A stretch of 64,000 nt of DNA, from assembly GCA_965215195.1 (NCBI GenBank), contig CBDCDC010000002.1:1088001-1152000 (forward strand), in the 5' to 3' direction. The position numbers and the translations under genes are program-made. Below are positions 19,482 to 30,200 of this stretch, piece after piece; the stretch's first letter is position 1; the number at the start of each line of letters is the position of its first letter. Below the pieces are notes generated by a model. That model was not told where the DNA came from. It saw nothing but the letters and a program-made list of their open reading frames with translations, and ran no database searches. The DNA comes from Candidatus Latescibacterota bacterium (lineage in GTDB: Bacteria; Latescibacterota; UBA2968; UBA8231).

Positions 19482-20522
19482 ATGAGATCGTTGGTTTGTA
19501 CTTTAGGAAGCCTTTGCTATTCCATCATTATTTTTTTCATTTCAGCCGGATATGGTTTCGCAGAGACTTCGCTTCCAGAAGATCATCTGTTCCAGCAACA
19601 ACTTGCTATTGGAACAGATGATATAGACCAATCGAATTATAACTTCGGGAAGATTGGTGGTATTACTACGGATACGATAGGCAACATTTATGTTGGAGAT
19701 AATGGCCTATATCGGATTCTGAAGTTTTCCTCTGGCGGTCAATTCCTTCACTCGTTTGGGACTGGGAATGGAGTTGAACCTGGAGAGTTTATGGATCTCA
19801 GAGGCATTGCAGTGGATGAGGACAATAATCTTTTTGTTGCGGATTTTAAGATGAATCGAATTACCGTTTTTCAGGAGGACGGCACTCTTTTAAGAACCAT
19901 AGAAACATCTATGATGCCATATAGACTAATTATAGACAAAGAGGGAGCATTCTATGTGATAGGAATGCCATTGTCTTTCGAAGGTCCTTTGATTCATAAA
20001 TATGATGCCTCCGGTCAATTCGTCCTAGCTTTTTGTGATCGTGAAGGGGTCCATGATTTGGCACTTCAGTCGGGGAATATGGGACGCATAGCGATTGATA
20101 GCGACCAACACATATACTACGCCTTACCCTATCCATACGAAATACGAAAATTCTCATCCGATGGCAAATTACTTGCTACCATCGAGCGTCCCGATGCGGG
20201 ACTTGGACCTCCCGTAGAGGATGAAACGTCGCCTGGAATCAGCATGGGTTGTGCCTCAAAAGGGTTGGCTGTCTTACCGGATGGAAAAATTGCTAATGTA
20301 TTCACCCGCCTTATAGACCGCCAGAGTAATGAGATGGAGTATTATTTTGATCTGTTCTCCCCGAAGGGGGATCTATTGTTGACGACATCTCTATCCGATC
20401 ACATCGAGCATTATAGCAGAAGCTTGCATTTTCATGCCGACAAAGACGGGTATGTATATTTGGACCAGTTTGGTACTTATCCATCGATTGTGAAATTCGC
20501 TTTGAATTATTATCACGACTGA
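19482..20522 (+). CDS. 6-bladed beta-propeller (NHL-repeat) secreted protein
   Basis: GNIYVGD...RILKFS, GEF...GIAVD.DNNLFVAD...RITVF; signal peptide; AAGGAG RBS. Confidence 0.85.
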   Translation: MRSLVCTLGSLCYSIIIFFISAGYGFAETSLPEDHLFQQQLAIGTDDIDQSNYNFGKIGGITTDTIGNIYVGDNGLYRILKFSSGGQFLHSFGTGNGVEPGEFMDLRGIAVDEDNNLFVADFKMNRITVFQEDGTLLRTIETSMMPYRLIIDKEGAFYVIGMPLSFEGPLIHKYDASGQFVLAFCDREGVHDLALQSGNMGRIAIDSDQHIYYALPYPYEIRKFSSDGKLLATIERPDAGLGPPVEDETSPGISMGCASKGLAVLPDGKIANVFTRLIDRQSNEMEYYFDLFSPKGDLLLTTSLSDHIEHYSRSLHFHADKDGYVYLDQFGTYPSIVKFALNYYHD

Positions 20523-20560
20523 GTTTTTATTGTCCTCTTCTGTCAGGAGCTGGGCTGGGT

Positions 20561-23283
20561 ATGCTACTCAGTTACTTAACGTTGGCACTGCGAAGCCTAC
20601 TTTGCTACAAAATGCACTCGTCGATCAGTGTGTTTGGACTCGCGATCGGTTTTGCCTGCTTCATTATCGCGTTTGTCTTTATTGCACATGAGATGAGTTA
20701 CGATGCCTTCCACGAGAACGCGGAGCGACTGTATCGAGTTAGAAGTGATAAGATCGAAAAACGGACGGGCATCCGGCATAGTTATGCTGCGATCTGGCAC
20801 TCCATAGCCCCTTTATTGAAAAGTGATTTTCCAGAAATCGAAGATATTGTACGCGTCCGTCTCTTCTACGAACAGAGCTGGTCCGTTCACTATCAGGACA
20901 AGCACTTCTTGGAAGATCAGGTTTATTTTGCAGACCCGATGTTTTTTGATTTTTTCTCCTTTTCCTTGAAGGAAGGCGATGCCCAAACGGCGCTGGAGGC
21001 TCCCTACTCCATTGTGTTGACGGAACAGACCGCCTCGAAGTACTTCGGGAGCGACAATCCTGTGGGTAAAACCCTGCACATCGGCCTAGATAGTAATAGG
21101 ACATACGAATACCTTGTTACGGGCGTGGTCCAGGATCTTCCGTCTAATACACACTTCAAATTTGATTTTGTCGCGTCGATAAAGGAATTCAAGCTCCGCA
21201 AGGGGTATGAGACCTATTGCCATACCTACATTCGATTGGCTGAAAATGCCTCGCCAGAGAGCTTGGAGAACAAATCTTCTGAGTTTTTGGAACGGTACTA
21301 CAACATAAAAGAATGGGAATGGACGATGCAACTTTTTCTTCAATCTTTACAAGACATCCATCTCCATTCCCATTTCAAGTGGGAACTGAGTCCCAACCAA
21401 GATGTGCGATACCTGTATCTTTTGATGGGCATTGCACTGGTCATCTTGCTTATGGTGTGCATCAATTACGTAAACCTATCAACTTTTCGATTTACCCAAC
21501 GGGCGAAAGAAGTGGGGCTGCGGAAAGCACTGGGCGGGGTGCAATCACAACTAGTTCAGCAGTTCTTGGGTGAAACGCTTCTTTTGACGTTCCTTGCGTT
21601 TCTGGTCAGTCTGGTGCTGGTACTGTATTCATGGCCTTATTTAAGTAGATTTTTTGCGGATGTAGAGATAGATACTTTTCGGCTTGCGATAGACTATGGC
21701 CCCTGGCTGATCGCTTCTATCGTGTGCATTGGTCTGATTGCTGGTTTGTATCCCGCCTTTTTCCTAGCCAAGTTCAACCCCGTGGATACCTTGGGGGGGC
21801 ACACCCAAAGTGGGGCTACGGTCGGTTTCCTGAGAAAAACGCTGGTCATTTTCCAATTCGCGCTCTCCATCGTTCTCCTTATCACCACGCTTGCCTTGCG
21901 CCATCAGTTAGCATTTATGAGAAGTCAGGACTTGGGATTTGATCGGGAACAGGTGGTCGTAATTCCCGCGAAGACCTTCCAGCCAACGCGTATTGCCGAG
22001 TATTTGCAGGATCCGAGAATTTTGAACCTATCAGGTACTTTCGGGTCACCCGGTGTCTTGGATATGGAGGGCAGGTTTATTCCGGAGGGACAGGATAAGG
22101 TAAGTATAAATACTATTGATGTCGGTTATACCTATCTGGAAACCATGGGCTTGGAACTGGTTTCCTGAGAAAAACGCTGGTCATTTCCCAATTCGCGCTC
22201 TCCATCGTTCTCCTTATCACCACGCTTGCCTTGCACAATCAATTGGCATTCCTGAGAAGTCAGGACGTGGGGTTTGATCGGGAACAGATAGTCGTGATTC
22301 CCGCGAAGACCTTACAGCCAGCGAGCATTGCCGAGTATTTGCAGGATCCGAGGATTTTGAACCTATCCGGTACTTTCGGATCACCCGGTGTCTTGGATAT
22401 AAGGGGCAGGTTTATTCCGGAAGAACAGGACGCCGTACGTATGAATACTATTGATGTTGGTTATACCTATCTGGAAACCATGGGTTTGGAGCTGATCGCC
22501 GGGCGCAATTTTTCAGCAGACTTCCCCTCGGATGAGCATGATGCCTTCATAATCAACGAATCGGCCGCTAAGTTCTTGGGATGGAAAAACCCGGTCGGTA
22601 AAAGCTTGGTCACCTCTAGGCCACAGCGTCGGTCCGCTTCAAGCAAGGTTATCGGCGCAGTCAAGGATTTTCACTACCAGTCTTTGCATCATTCTATCGA
22701 ACCGCTGGTCATTGGTCTGCGGTGGAATATGCAGAACGTGCTTGCTATTAAACACCTTACGGTCAGAATCGACTCAAGAGACATATCGGGTGCCTTGGCG
22801 TTTCTCAAAGCCAAGACGCGCGAGTTCGTACCCGACGAACCCTTTCAATACTATTTCCTCGACGACGTTTTCGATCAATTCTACCGGGAAGAGGAGCGGA
22901 TATTCCGTCTGATCGGCTTTTTCAGCGCCCTGTCGATTGGGATCATTTGCTTGGGTGTGTTGGGGCTGGCCTCCTTTTCGGTTGAGCAGCGCATGAAGGA
23001 AATCGGCATTCGCAAAGTGTTGGGGGCCTCTTCCTCGGGTCTGGTGTATTTGCTGATGAAACCCGTTTTGGTCTGGCTGGTCGTCGCCAATCTGCTTGCT
23101 TGGCCTGTCGCTTATATGACCAATCAAGCCTGGTTGCAGCATTTTGCGTATCGAAGCGATTCCGCTGGGTGGGCGTTTTTGCTGGGTAGTCTGATTCAGG
23201 CCCTGACTGTTATGATCACCATCGTTTTGCAAACCAGCAAAGCGGTGCAGATAAACCCGGTTCAGACACTCAAGAGCGAATAG
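20561..23283 (+). pseudogene. MacB/FtsX-type ABC transporter permease, split by an out-of-frame repeat
   Basis: SYDAFH, NYVNLST...RAKEVGLRKALG and LRKTLVIFQF in the first ORF; KEIGIRKVLGAS and NPVQTLKSE in the second. Stop at 22168. Confidence 0.85.
21824..22493 (+). repeat. Diverged 335-bp tandem repeat
   Basis: Units 21824-22158 and 22159-22493 both begin GGTTTCCTGAGAAAAACGCTGG. Confidence 0.9.
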
Positions 23284-23447
23284 TGGTTTATGGGAAGCCG
23301 TGCAAGAGCTATAACCGAGGAGGGCACTGAAGGCAACTCGACAGTCTCATAAAGCAGCCCGGCGGGGGTTTTAAGAACACCTTCTGAGAATTGGCTGATC
23401 GCATTATGCCGACACAACGGGAAAGTTCTGCCAATCGTCGCCGAATA

Positions 23448-24599
23448 CTATACCAATTCCCCGATGTCCCGCCATCCCAAGACGATCCCGTGGGCGCGTT
23501 CTTGGCGCTCCTCGCCGCCGTAGATCAGATAGTAGTTCTGCTCCACCGGCAAGTCCGTTGCCAACTTTTTATAGTAGCGCAAACCCTTAAACTGGTCCGT
23601 CCCCAGCGTCGCACCCGCCTTGATTTCGACCACCTGCCGCCGGCCGCCCCGTTCGTAGAGCAAATCCAACTCGTTGCCGATGTTGTCGCGCCAGAAGTAG
23701 AGGTCTGGACGACGGCCCGCGTTGACGTGCTGCTTGATTACCTCGGCGATGACCCAATTCTCAAAAATCGCTCCGCGCAAATAGTGGGTGGCGAGTTGGT
23801 CGGCCGACTCCAGCCCCAAAAGCGAGCAAAGCAGGCCCGTGTCGTAGAAGTAGAGCTTGGGCGACTTGATGAGCCGCTTGGCAAAATTCTCGTGATGCGG
23901 ATAGAGCAGGAAGGCGATATAACTGGCTTCCAATACCGAAATCCAAGCGCGCACCGTCTTGTAGTTGCCGAGGCCGCTCAAGTCGAGCAATTGGCCGACG
24001 CGACCGGCACAGACCCGCAAAAAGCGCTGGAAGGCGCTCAGGTCGCCGATATTGCGCAGGCTCCTCACGTCGCGTTCGACATAGGTCTGGATATAGGCCG
24101 GATAGTACAAGGGCGGGGGGACGCCGCGATCGTAGAGGACGGGATAGCCGCCTTTGAACAGGCTTTCGTCGAGGCTTAAATGAGTGCTAGCCGCAAGCTC
24201 CTGGTGGGAAAAGGGCAGCAGCGTGTGCGGGGCGACGCGCCCGGCCAGCGACTGGCTGACCTGCTCCAACAGCAGGAAATTCTGCGAGCCAGTGAGGACG
24301 AATTGGCCCATAGCACCGCGCTCGTCCACCAGCACCTGCAAATAGGAAAACAACGCCGGAACCTTCTGCGCCTCGTCGATGATCAGCCCCCGGTCCTCGT
24401 ACTGCGCTAGGAAGCGCCGCGGATCTTCTTCGGCAGCTAAACGGTCGTCGAGTCGTTCGAGATTGACGTAGGCGTAGTCGGGGAAAACCTCGCGCACGAG
24501 CGTGATCTTGCCCGACTGACGCGGGCCGGAGACCGAGAGGATTGGATAGAATGGGGCCAGCTTTTTGAGCTGGGAGCTGAGCTGACGTTGAATGTACAT
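23448..24599 (-). CDS. AAA_14 ATPase with DUF4143
   Basis: GPRQSGKIT, IIDEAQ, LTGSQ, SLAGR, KSPKLYFYDTGL and FWRD..GNELD...EIK. Confidence 0.9.
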   Translation of the reverse strand: MYIQRQLSSQLKKLAPFYPILSVSGPRQSGKITLVREVFPDYAYVNLERLDDRLAAEEDPRRFLAQYEDRGLIIDEAQKVPALFSYLQVLVDERGAMGQFVLTGSQNFLLLEQVSQSLAGRVAPHTLLPFSHQELAASTHLSLDESLFKGGYPVLYDRGVPPPLYYPAYIQTYVERDVRSLRNIGDLSAFQRFLRVCAGRVGQLLDLSGLGNYKTVRAWISVLEASYIAFLLYPHHENFAKRLIKSPKLYFYDTGLLCSLLGLESADQLATHYLRGAIFENWVIAEVIKQHVNAGRRPDLYFWRDNIGNELDLLYERGGRRQVVEIKAGATLGTDQFKGLRYYKKLATDLPVEQNYYLIYGGEERQERAHGIVLGWRDIGELV

Positions 24600-24632
24600 T
24601 CTTTACAAAATAGGATCTGAAATCCTATTTTG

Positions 24633-24712
24633 CTAAGTACACGACACTAAGGTTTCCGCGAGGTGCGCGGGCAGCTTGCCCGTCAACAGGGGCTGAGGGG
24701 TCGTGTACTTAG
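24633..24712. mobile_element. 80-bp MITE with IS4-family ends
   Basis: Ends CTAAGTACACGAC...GTCGTGTACTTAG; 8-bp target duplication CTATTTTG at 24625-24632 and 24713-24720. Confidence 0.9.
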
Positions 24713-24738
24713 CTATTTTGTAAAGAAATTGGAACACT

Positions 24739-26229
24739 CTATTCCGATTCCTCCAGCACCCCGTCGTAAGAACCGGTCAGTGCTTCGCCTTGGGCTCTGA
24801 TTTCTTCCAAGCGGCGCGACAGACTGCGCACGATATCCGGGTGCTGGTCGTACAGATTCTGCCGCTCGGCAATGTCGTCTTTGAGGTTGAACAGTTCCCC
24901 AGGGAAATCGTGGTCGCTATAGCCCCGCTCCACCTTGAACCAGTCCGGCTCGCGGTTGTCGTCGCCGGAAGGAGCGTCAATAAAGACCCAGTCGTCTTGG
25001 CGCAGGGCAAAGCGGCCCGAACAACTGTGATGCACGGCTGAGCGGCGCACCGGCGCGTCAAGCTGGCCCTGCAACAGGGGCAATATGCTAATGCTGTCCT
25101 CGGCCGCTCCCTTGGGCAACTGAACCCCGGTCAACTCGGCGCAGGTGGCCATAAAATCGCCCAACAGAGCGAGCTGGCCGCAGACCGATCCAGCCGGCGC
25201 GACCCCGGGCCAGCGAGCGATAAAGGGTACGCGGTGGCCGCCCTCCCAAGTGTCGCGCTTAGCGCCGCGCAAATGGGCCATGCTGTAGTGGCCGAATTGG
25301 CGCACGTGCTCGTAGCAGCCGCCGGCCGCGGCCGGAATGCACTCGGGGCCGTTGTCGCTGGTGAAGATGAGCAGCGTGTCGTCGGTCAGCCCCTGCTCGT
25401 CGAGCGCGGCCACGATTTCCCCGACCACCCAATCAACTTCGCAAACGAAATCGCCGTACAGGCCCGCCCCACTGCGACCAATAAACGGTGGGTTGGGGAC
25501 AATCGGCGTGTGCGGCGAGGTCAGCGGCAAATAAAGAAAGAAGGGGTCGGCGCCAGCTTCGGCGATGTAGGCGCGGGCGCGGCGGACGAATTCGGGGACC
25601 ATGTCCGCCAATTTCCAGCCCGGCTTCATGGCCCCGGGCAGGCCGAACATCTCCTCGGGCTTTTGCGCGGTCGGGGCCGCGGCCAGCCGGTCCTGCTCAA
25701 ACCAAGTGTAGGGCGGAAAATTCGGCACATCGACGCCAAAGTAGTAGTCAAAACCGCAGGCTAGGGGGCCGCCGCCGATGGGTTGGCTGTAGTCGATATT
25801 GCGCTCTAGGGCTTGGCGCTGCTCGCGGTTGAGGCGGCCGATGGGAGCGTCTCCGCAGGCTGGTTTGCCGTCCTTGGTCGCCCATTCCCAGCCGAGGTGC
25901 CACTTGCCGATGCAGGCGGTGCGGTAGCCCTGCTGGCGCAGCAGCTTGGCCGCGGTGAGGCGGTCGGGCTCGATCAAGGGCGGATCCCAAGGCCACAGGA
26001 CGCTGCTTTTGAGCGGGGTGCGCCAGCAATAGCGGCCGGTGAGCAGGGCGTAGCGGCTGGGCGAGCAGACGCTGGAGGAAGCGTGCGCGTCGGTAAAGCG
26101 CATCCCCTCGCCGGCGAGGCGGTCGAGGTGGGGCGTGGGGATTTTGCAGCCGGGGTTGTTGCACCCCATATCGCCGTATCCCATGTCGTCGGCGAGGATG
26201 TAGATGATATTGGGTTTTTGCCGGGGCAT
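24739..26229 (-). CDS. Arylsulfatase (Cys-type)
   Basis: PNIIYILADDMGYGD, CSPSRYALLTG, GKWHLG and SDNG. Confidence 0.95.
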   Translation of the reverse strand: MPRQKPNIIYILADDMGYGDMGCNNPGCKIPTPHLDRLAGEGMRFTDAHASSSVCSPSRYALLTGRYCWRTPLKSSVLWPWDPPLIEPDRLTAAKLLRQQGYRTACIGKWHLGWEWATKDGKPACGDAPIGRLNREQRQALERNIDYSQPIGGGPLACGFDYYFGVDVPNFPPYTWFEQDRLAAAPTAQKPEEMFGLPGAMKPGWKLADMVPEFVRRARAYIAEAGADPFFLYLPLTSPHTPIVPNPPFIGRSGAGLYGDFVCEVDWVVGEIVAALDEQGLTDDTLLIFTSDNGPECIPAAAGGCYEHVRQFGHYSMAHLRGAKRDTWEGGHRVPFIARWPGVAPAGSVCGQLALLGDFMATCAELTGVQLPKGAAEDSISILPLLQGQLDAPVRRSAVHHSCSGRFALRQDDWVFIDAPSGDDNREPDWFKVERGYSDHDFPGELFNLKDDIAERQNLYDQHPDIVRSLSRRLEEIRAQGEALTGSYDGVLEESE

Positions 26230-26329
26230 GGCCGATCCTTTCTGTGGATGTTGGTTGGCGAGTCGAGTTCGAGTGCCAGTGCATTAGCCGCTGCTAGGAC
26301 GAAGCCATCGCGCTTATAAGCAGCTTCGT

Positions 26330-27001
26330 TCACAACCAAGCATAGGCCCGACGCAGGGCCTCGGGTGCGCCGCTTTCGACGACATGGCCGTGGCCGACGA
26401 TGAGGCGGTCGAAATCCCAAGCCAATATGTCGTTCAAAGACGCTTTCATGGCCGTCCGGTCCTTGATGAACAGCTTGAACAGCCGCGAGGGGGCGATTCG
26501 GTCGTACACGCCGTTGAGGCGCTGTAGGCATCGCTCGGTCCAAGAGCCGGCCTCGAGATTGAAGACCAGATCGGCGACGATCAAGCTGCGGCTGGCCGGG
26601 TGGAAAAAAACCGCTTCGTTGAGCCGGGGGATACCGCCGATTAAGGCATAGGGCAATTCCTCTTCCCACTCTTCGGCATCGCCGGCCCCCAGAACGCGGT
26701 CCACCGGCCAGTCGCCGTGCTCTTCGGCCAGACCCGGCACGGCGACCAAACGCGCCTCTGGGTAGCGGCCAAACCACGCCGGCAGGTACAAGTCGTGGAA
26801 ACGGCTGGGGGCGACCAAGTACTCCACCGGCCCCAAAGATGCCAAGGCCGCCTCTATTGCCTCGTCTAGCTCCACTGGTGAGTGGACCCACAGACCGCCC
26901 GATTGCAGGCGCACCACAGTCATGCGGTGCCCGAGATTGAGTCCGATTATCCGCAGAGGCCCGCTCGCGGCCCATATATTTTGGCTCAAGACTGTCAACA
27001 T
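26330..27001 (-). CDS. DUF4336 domain protein (MBL-like)
   Basis: RMTVVRL..GGLWVHSP, APSRFH, EAVFFH...LIVADL and WDFDRLIVGHG. Confidence 0.85.
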   Translation of the reverse strand: MLTVLSQNIWAASGPLRIIGLNLGHRMTVVRLQSGGLWVHSPVELDEAIEAALASLGPVEYLVAPSRFHDLYLPAWFGRYPEARLVAVPGLAEEHGDWPVDRVLGAGDAEEWEEELPYALIGGIPRLNEAVFFHPASRSLIVADLVFNLEAGSWTERCLQRLNGVYDRIAPSRLFKLFIKDRTAMKASLNDILAWDFDRLIVGHGHVVESGAPEALRRAYAWL

Positions 27002-27013
27002 ATAGCCCTCTTT

Positions 27014-27334
27014 CTAGGTGGAAATCGTTACCGCTAGGCTGAATACCCGATCGACAGCGCCGTTCGGTCCGGGGGCACCGGGCGCGATGGCTACGCGATT
27101 GGGACGATCGCGAATTTGGTCTGCGAAAGTCAGTGCCATGTCCAGTGGGCTGGGCGGATCGAAGATGCGGCTGTGGGTAGCAATGCGGAGAAAGCTGGAC
27201 ACCACGAGGTCGGTCAGGCCGTAGGCCTGGGGACTGTGGATCAGTTCTTCCAGCCAAGCCCGATAAGCTGGGTGGTCGGGGATTTCCTCGCGGTGGGCGT
27301 AGAGCAGGACATTGACGTCAAGTAGGACCACCAT
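27014..27334 (-). pseudogene. vapC: VapC PIN toxin, C-terminally truncated
   Basis: LLDVNVLLYAH...FLRIATH..IF..P, similarity ends after APG; the distal acidic PIN residues are absent. Confidence 0.75.
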
Positions 27335-27569
27335 CCCGCTCCATCAGGTCGAGGAGAGACGAAGTATCATCCAAATCGACGCCGGGTTGCACACCTCGCC
27401 CTTTGCAGGTCTTCAACGGGACGCGGGCCTGTGGCCGAATGGCCTCCGTGTGCGCTAGGGCTTCGCGCAGCGCATCCTCAATTACCGCCTTGAGTGTGCG
27501 CCCCGTCTGCGCCGCGCACTGCTTGGCCTCTGCCAGCAACTGATCATCCAACTGTATCGTCGTTTTCAT
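27318..27569 (-). CDS. vapB: VapB-type antitoxin
   Basis: MKTTIQLDDQLLAEAK...TLKAVIEDALR...PGVDLDD; overlaps the vapC start. Confidence 0.85.
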   Translation of the reverse strand: MKTTIQLDDQLLAEAKQCAAQTGRTLKAVIEDALREALAHTEAIRPQARVPLKTCKGRGVQPGVDLDDTSSLLDLMERDGGPT

Positions 27570-27596
27570 ACATAAAGACATACGATATATACATAA

Positions 27597-28756
27597 GGAA
27601 TCTCTGATTAAGTTTTCTTTCGAGTTCTTTTTTGAGAGTCCATATTCTAAGAAAAAAGGCGATAACTCGCGATGACTCAACTCAGTTTTTCCGATGCCGC
27701 CTACACCTACAAGAAGAAGACCCCTCGCAAAGAACGCTTTCTGTCGGAGAGGAACGACCTGCTGCCGTGGGCCGACCTGCTCCAACCCATTGTGAGCAAG
27801 TACCCGAAACCCGGTAATGGCCGTCGTCCGATCCCGGCTGCGGTGATGGTACGGGTCTATTTCATGCAGCACTGGTATGGCTTGAGTGATCCAGCGCTGG
27901 AAGACAGCCTGTATGATGTCGAATCGATGCGCCGCTTTGCAGGCGTGCCCTTGGATAGCATTCCGGCTGAGACGACGATCTGCAAGTTCCGCCACTTCTT
28001 AGAAAAGCATTGTTTGACGGAAGCCCTGTTTCGATGCACCGCGCCGTATTTGTCGGAGCGGGGTATGCTACTCCGCGAAGGCACGATGGTGGATGCGACG
28101 ATCCTTCACGCGCCGGCTTCGACGAAGAACCGGGACAAGGCACGAGACCCGCAGATGGGGCCTACGAAGAAGGGGACGACGTGGTATTTTGGCCTCAAAG
28201 CACATGGGGGCAGTGATCGTCAGGGGCGGGTGCACAGCGTCGTGGTGACCCCGGCGTCGGTGCATGATTGGGTGGTGATGGACGAGTGGTTACACGGCGA
28301 GGAACAGGTCATCTATGGCGCTAAAGCCTATGCCCGTGCCGAACGCAAAGCAGACGCCGAATCGGATGGTATGGAGGGGCGGGGGCTTCGTAAAGCCAGC
28401 CGAAGCCGGAAGCTGACGGGTGCCGATCGCTCGTTCAACCAAAAGAGCAACCGTGTCCGAGCCCGGGTTGAACATGCCTTTGGGGTCATCAAACACCTGT
28501 GGGGCTATCGCAAGGTGCGTTATCGAGGCTTGGCCAAGAACGCCGCCCAAGTCGTTACCTTGTTGGCGCGGGCCAATTTCTATCTGGCGCGTAGAGCATT
28601 GGCGACGAGGTAGGGAGCAGTCCGTCCCGAGCGCAGACCGGGACGAGGAACGGGGAGAAGCACGCCTGAAAATAGAGCCATGTTCCCACTTTATAAGCAA
28701 ATATAACACTCAGAGGCTTCTGTTTTGTTAAAAAAGCTGACTTGACCAGAGGTTCC
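27597..28756 (+). mobile_element. IS5-family element (transposase 27672-28613)
   Basis: Ends GGAATCTCTGATTAAGT / ACTTGACCAGAGGTTCC; ATAA duplicated; VDAT, WYFGLKAH, RARVEH and RYRGLAKN. Confidence 0.92.
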
Positions 28757-28905
28757 ATAAATATGGCAAATCCCTTGGCAGAATAGATCAGCGAATTTTC
28801 CACTCAGCGGTTCGCTCGTTCACCGAGGGGACGTCAACCCCAAATTCTGGACACCTCCTATCCTAACGTTTTGATTTAGATTAAACCATCCAGCAGGAGG
28901 TGACC

Positions 28906-29553
28906 ATGCAAGCAAATCTCGTGACGTTGATCCGAATATTCTTGGTGTTTTTGGTGATTGGGTTGTACAAAGTCAACACCATCGCCTGCGGTGTGGCGGT
29001 CTTGCTGACCATTGCCACCCTCTACATGGACGCGCTCGACGGTATCATTGCCCGCCGCCTCGGCATCGAATCCGATCTGGGCGCGATGTTCGACATCGCC
29101 GGGGATCGCATCGTAGAGAACGTCTTCTGGGTCTATTTTGCGTCGATCGGCATGGTCAGCTTCTGGGCTGCGGCCATCGTCGTCGCCCGGAGTTTCCTCA
29201 TCGACTGGCTGCGGACGCTGGCCTTTGTAGATGCGGGCAAGACCCCATTCGGCAGTAAGACGATGATGCGCAGCCGATGGGCAAAGGCGCTCGTGAGCTC
29301 TCGCTTGAGTCGGGCGCTATACGGCTTTACCAAGGCGGTCGTGTTTGTCTATCTGGGCGCGGTGCTGCTGATTCAGTCCGCACAAGCCGAGTACGGTTGG
29401 TCGGTCGGGGTGTCCACGGAGTTGCTGCTGCTGGTCGGGCAGGCAATCGTCTGGTTGACGGTGGTGATGTGTCTAGTGCGGGGCGTCCCGGTGGTATGGG
29501 ACAGTCAGGACGTTCTGTTTCGCAAAATGTTTCCCGGCTTGCTGCGAGATTAG
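28906..29553 (+). CDS. CDP-alcohol phosphatidyltransferase (PgsA-like)
   Basis: ANLVTLIR and DALDGIIARR...SDLGAMFDIAGD; AGGAGG RBS. Confidence 0.9.
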   Translation: MQANLVTLIRIFLVFLVIGLYKVNTIACGVAVLLTIATLYMDALDGIIARRLGIESDLGAMFDIAGDRIVENVFWVYFASIGMVSFWAAAIVVARSFLIDWLRTLAFVDAGKTPFGSKTMMRSRWAKALVSSRLSRALYGFTKAVVFVYLGAVLLIQSAQAEYGWSVGVSTELLLLVGQAIVWLTVVMCLVRGVPVVWDSQDVLFRKMFPGLLRD

Positions 29554-29561
29554 CTAGTCCC

Positions 29562-30200
29562 GTGATAGCTGCGATATTCGATCTGGACGGGACCCTGCTG
29601 CCCGGTACCAGCGCTGAAAGGGAGTTCATCCGCTTCGCTCTGAAGACCGGCCAGCAGACTGTCCCACAGGCGGTTCGCGCATTCCTGTCTTGGGCCATCC
29701 GCATCCCTACCCGCGGCGTCCGATCCAACAAAACCCACTTCGGCGGCGTCGAGATGGAGCTGCTCGCGGAGATGGCCGAGACCTTCTGTCGCCAGCAACT
29801 AACGCGCCGAATTCCAGCTCGGGCCAAGCGGCTGATCGCAGCACATCGCGCCGCCGGGGATTGTCTCGGCATCGTGTCGGGAGCACCGCAGTTCCTGATC
29901 GCACCACTGCAGGACCTCCTCGATTTGGATTTCGTCGTTGGGACCAAGCTAGCCTATAATCAGGGACGCTTGACGGGCGACTTGGACGGCCTTCTTGTAT
30001 CCGGGCCTGAGAAGGTACGCCAATCGGATGAAGTAGCGTACGCCCACGGATTCGACCTGCGCCAATCCACGGCCTACGGAAACGCCTTCGCTGATCGCTT
30101 CCTGCTGGCAGCGGTCGTTCGTCCCGTCGTTGTCAATCCAGACGGCCGGCTGGCGCTGCTGGCTCGCAAGAAGGGCTGGCCGATCTGTGTCTGCTCTTGA
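29562..30200 (+). CDS. HAD-IB family phosphatase
   Basis: AIFDLDGTL, IVSG, K and AYGNAFAD...VNPD. Confidence 0.85.
   Translation: MIAAIFDLDGTLLPGTSAEREFIRFALKTGQQTVPQAVRAFLSWAIRIPTRGVRSNKTHFGGVEMELLAEMAETFCRQQLTRRIPARAKRLIAAHRAAGDCLGIVSGAPQFLIAPLQDLLDLDFVVGTKLAYNQGRLTGDLDGLLVSGPEKVRQSDEVAYAHGFDLRQSTAYGNAFADRFLLAAVVRPVVVNPDGRLALLARKKGWPICVCS

Noticed and set aside
23368-23387. Solo IS5-like end GTTTTAAGAACACCTTC
   Set aside because: It resembles the ends of IS 33601-34532, but no partner end or target duplication was found, so it is not called as an element.
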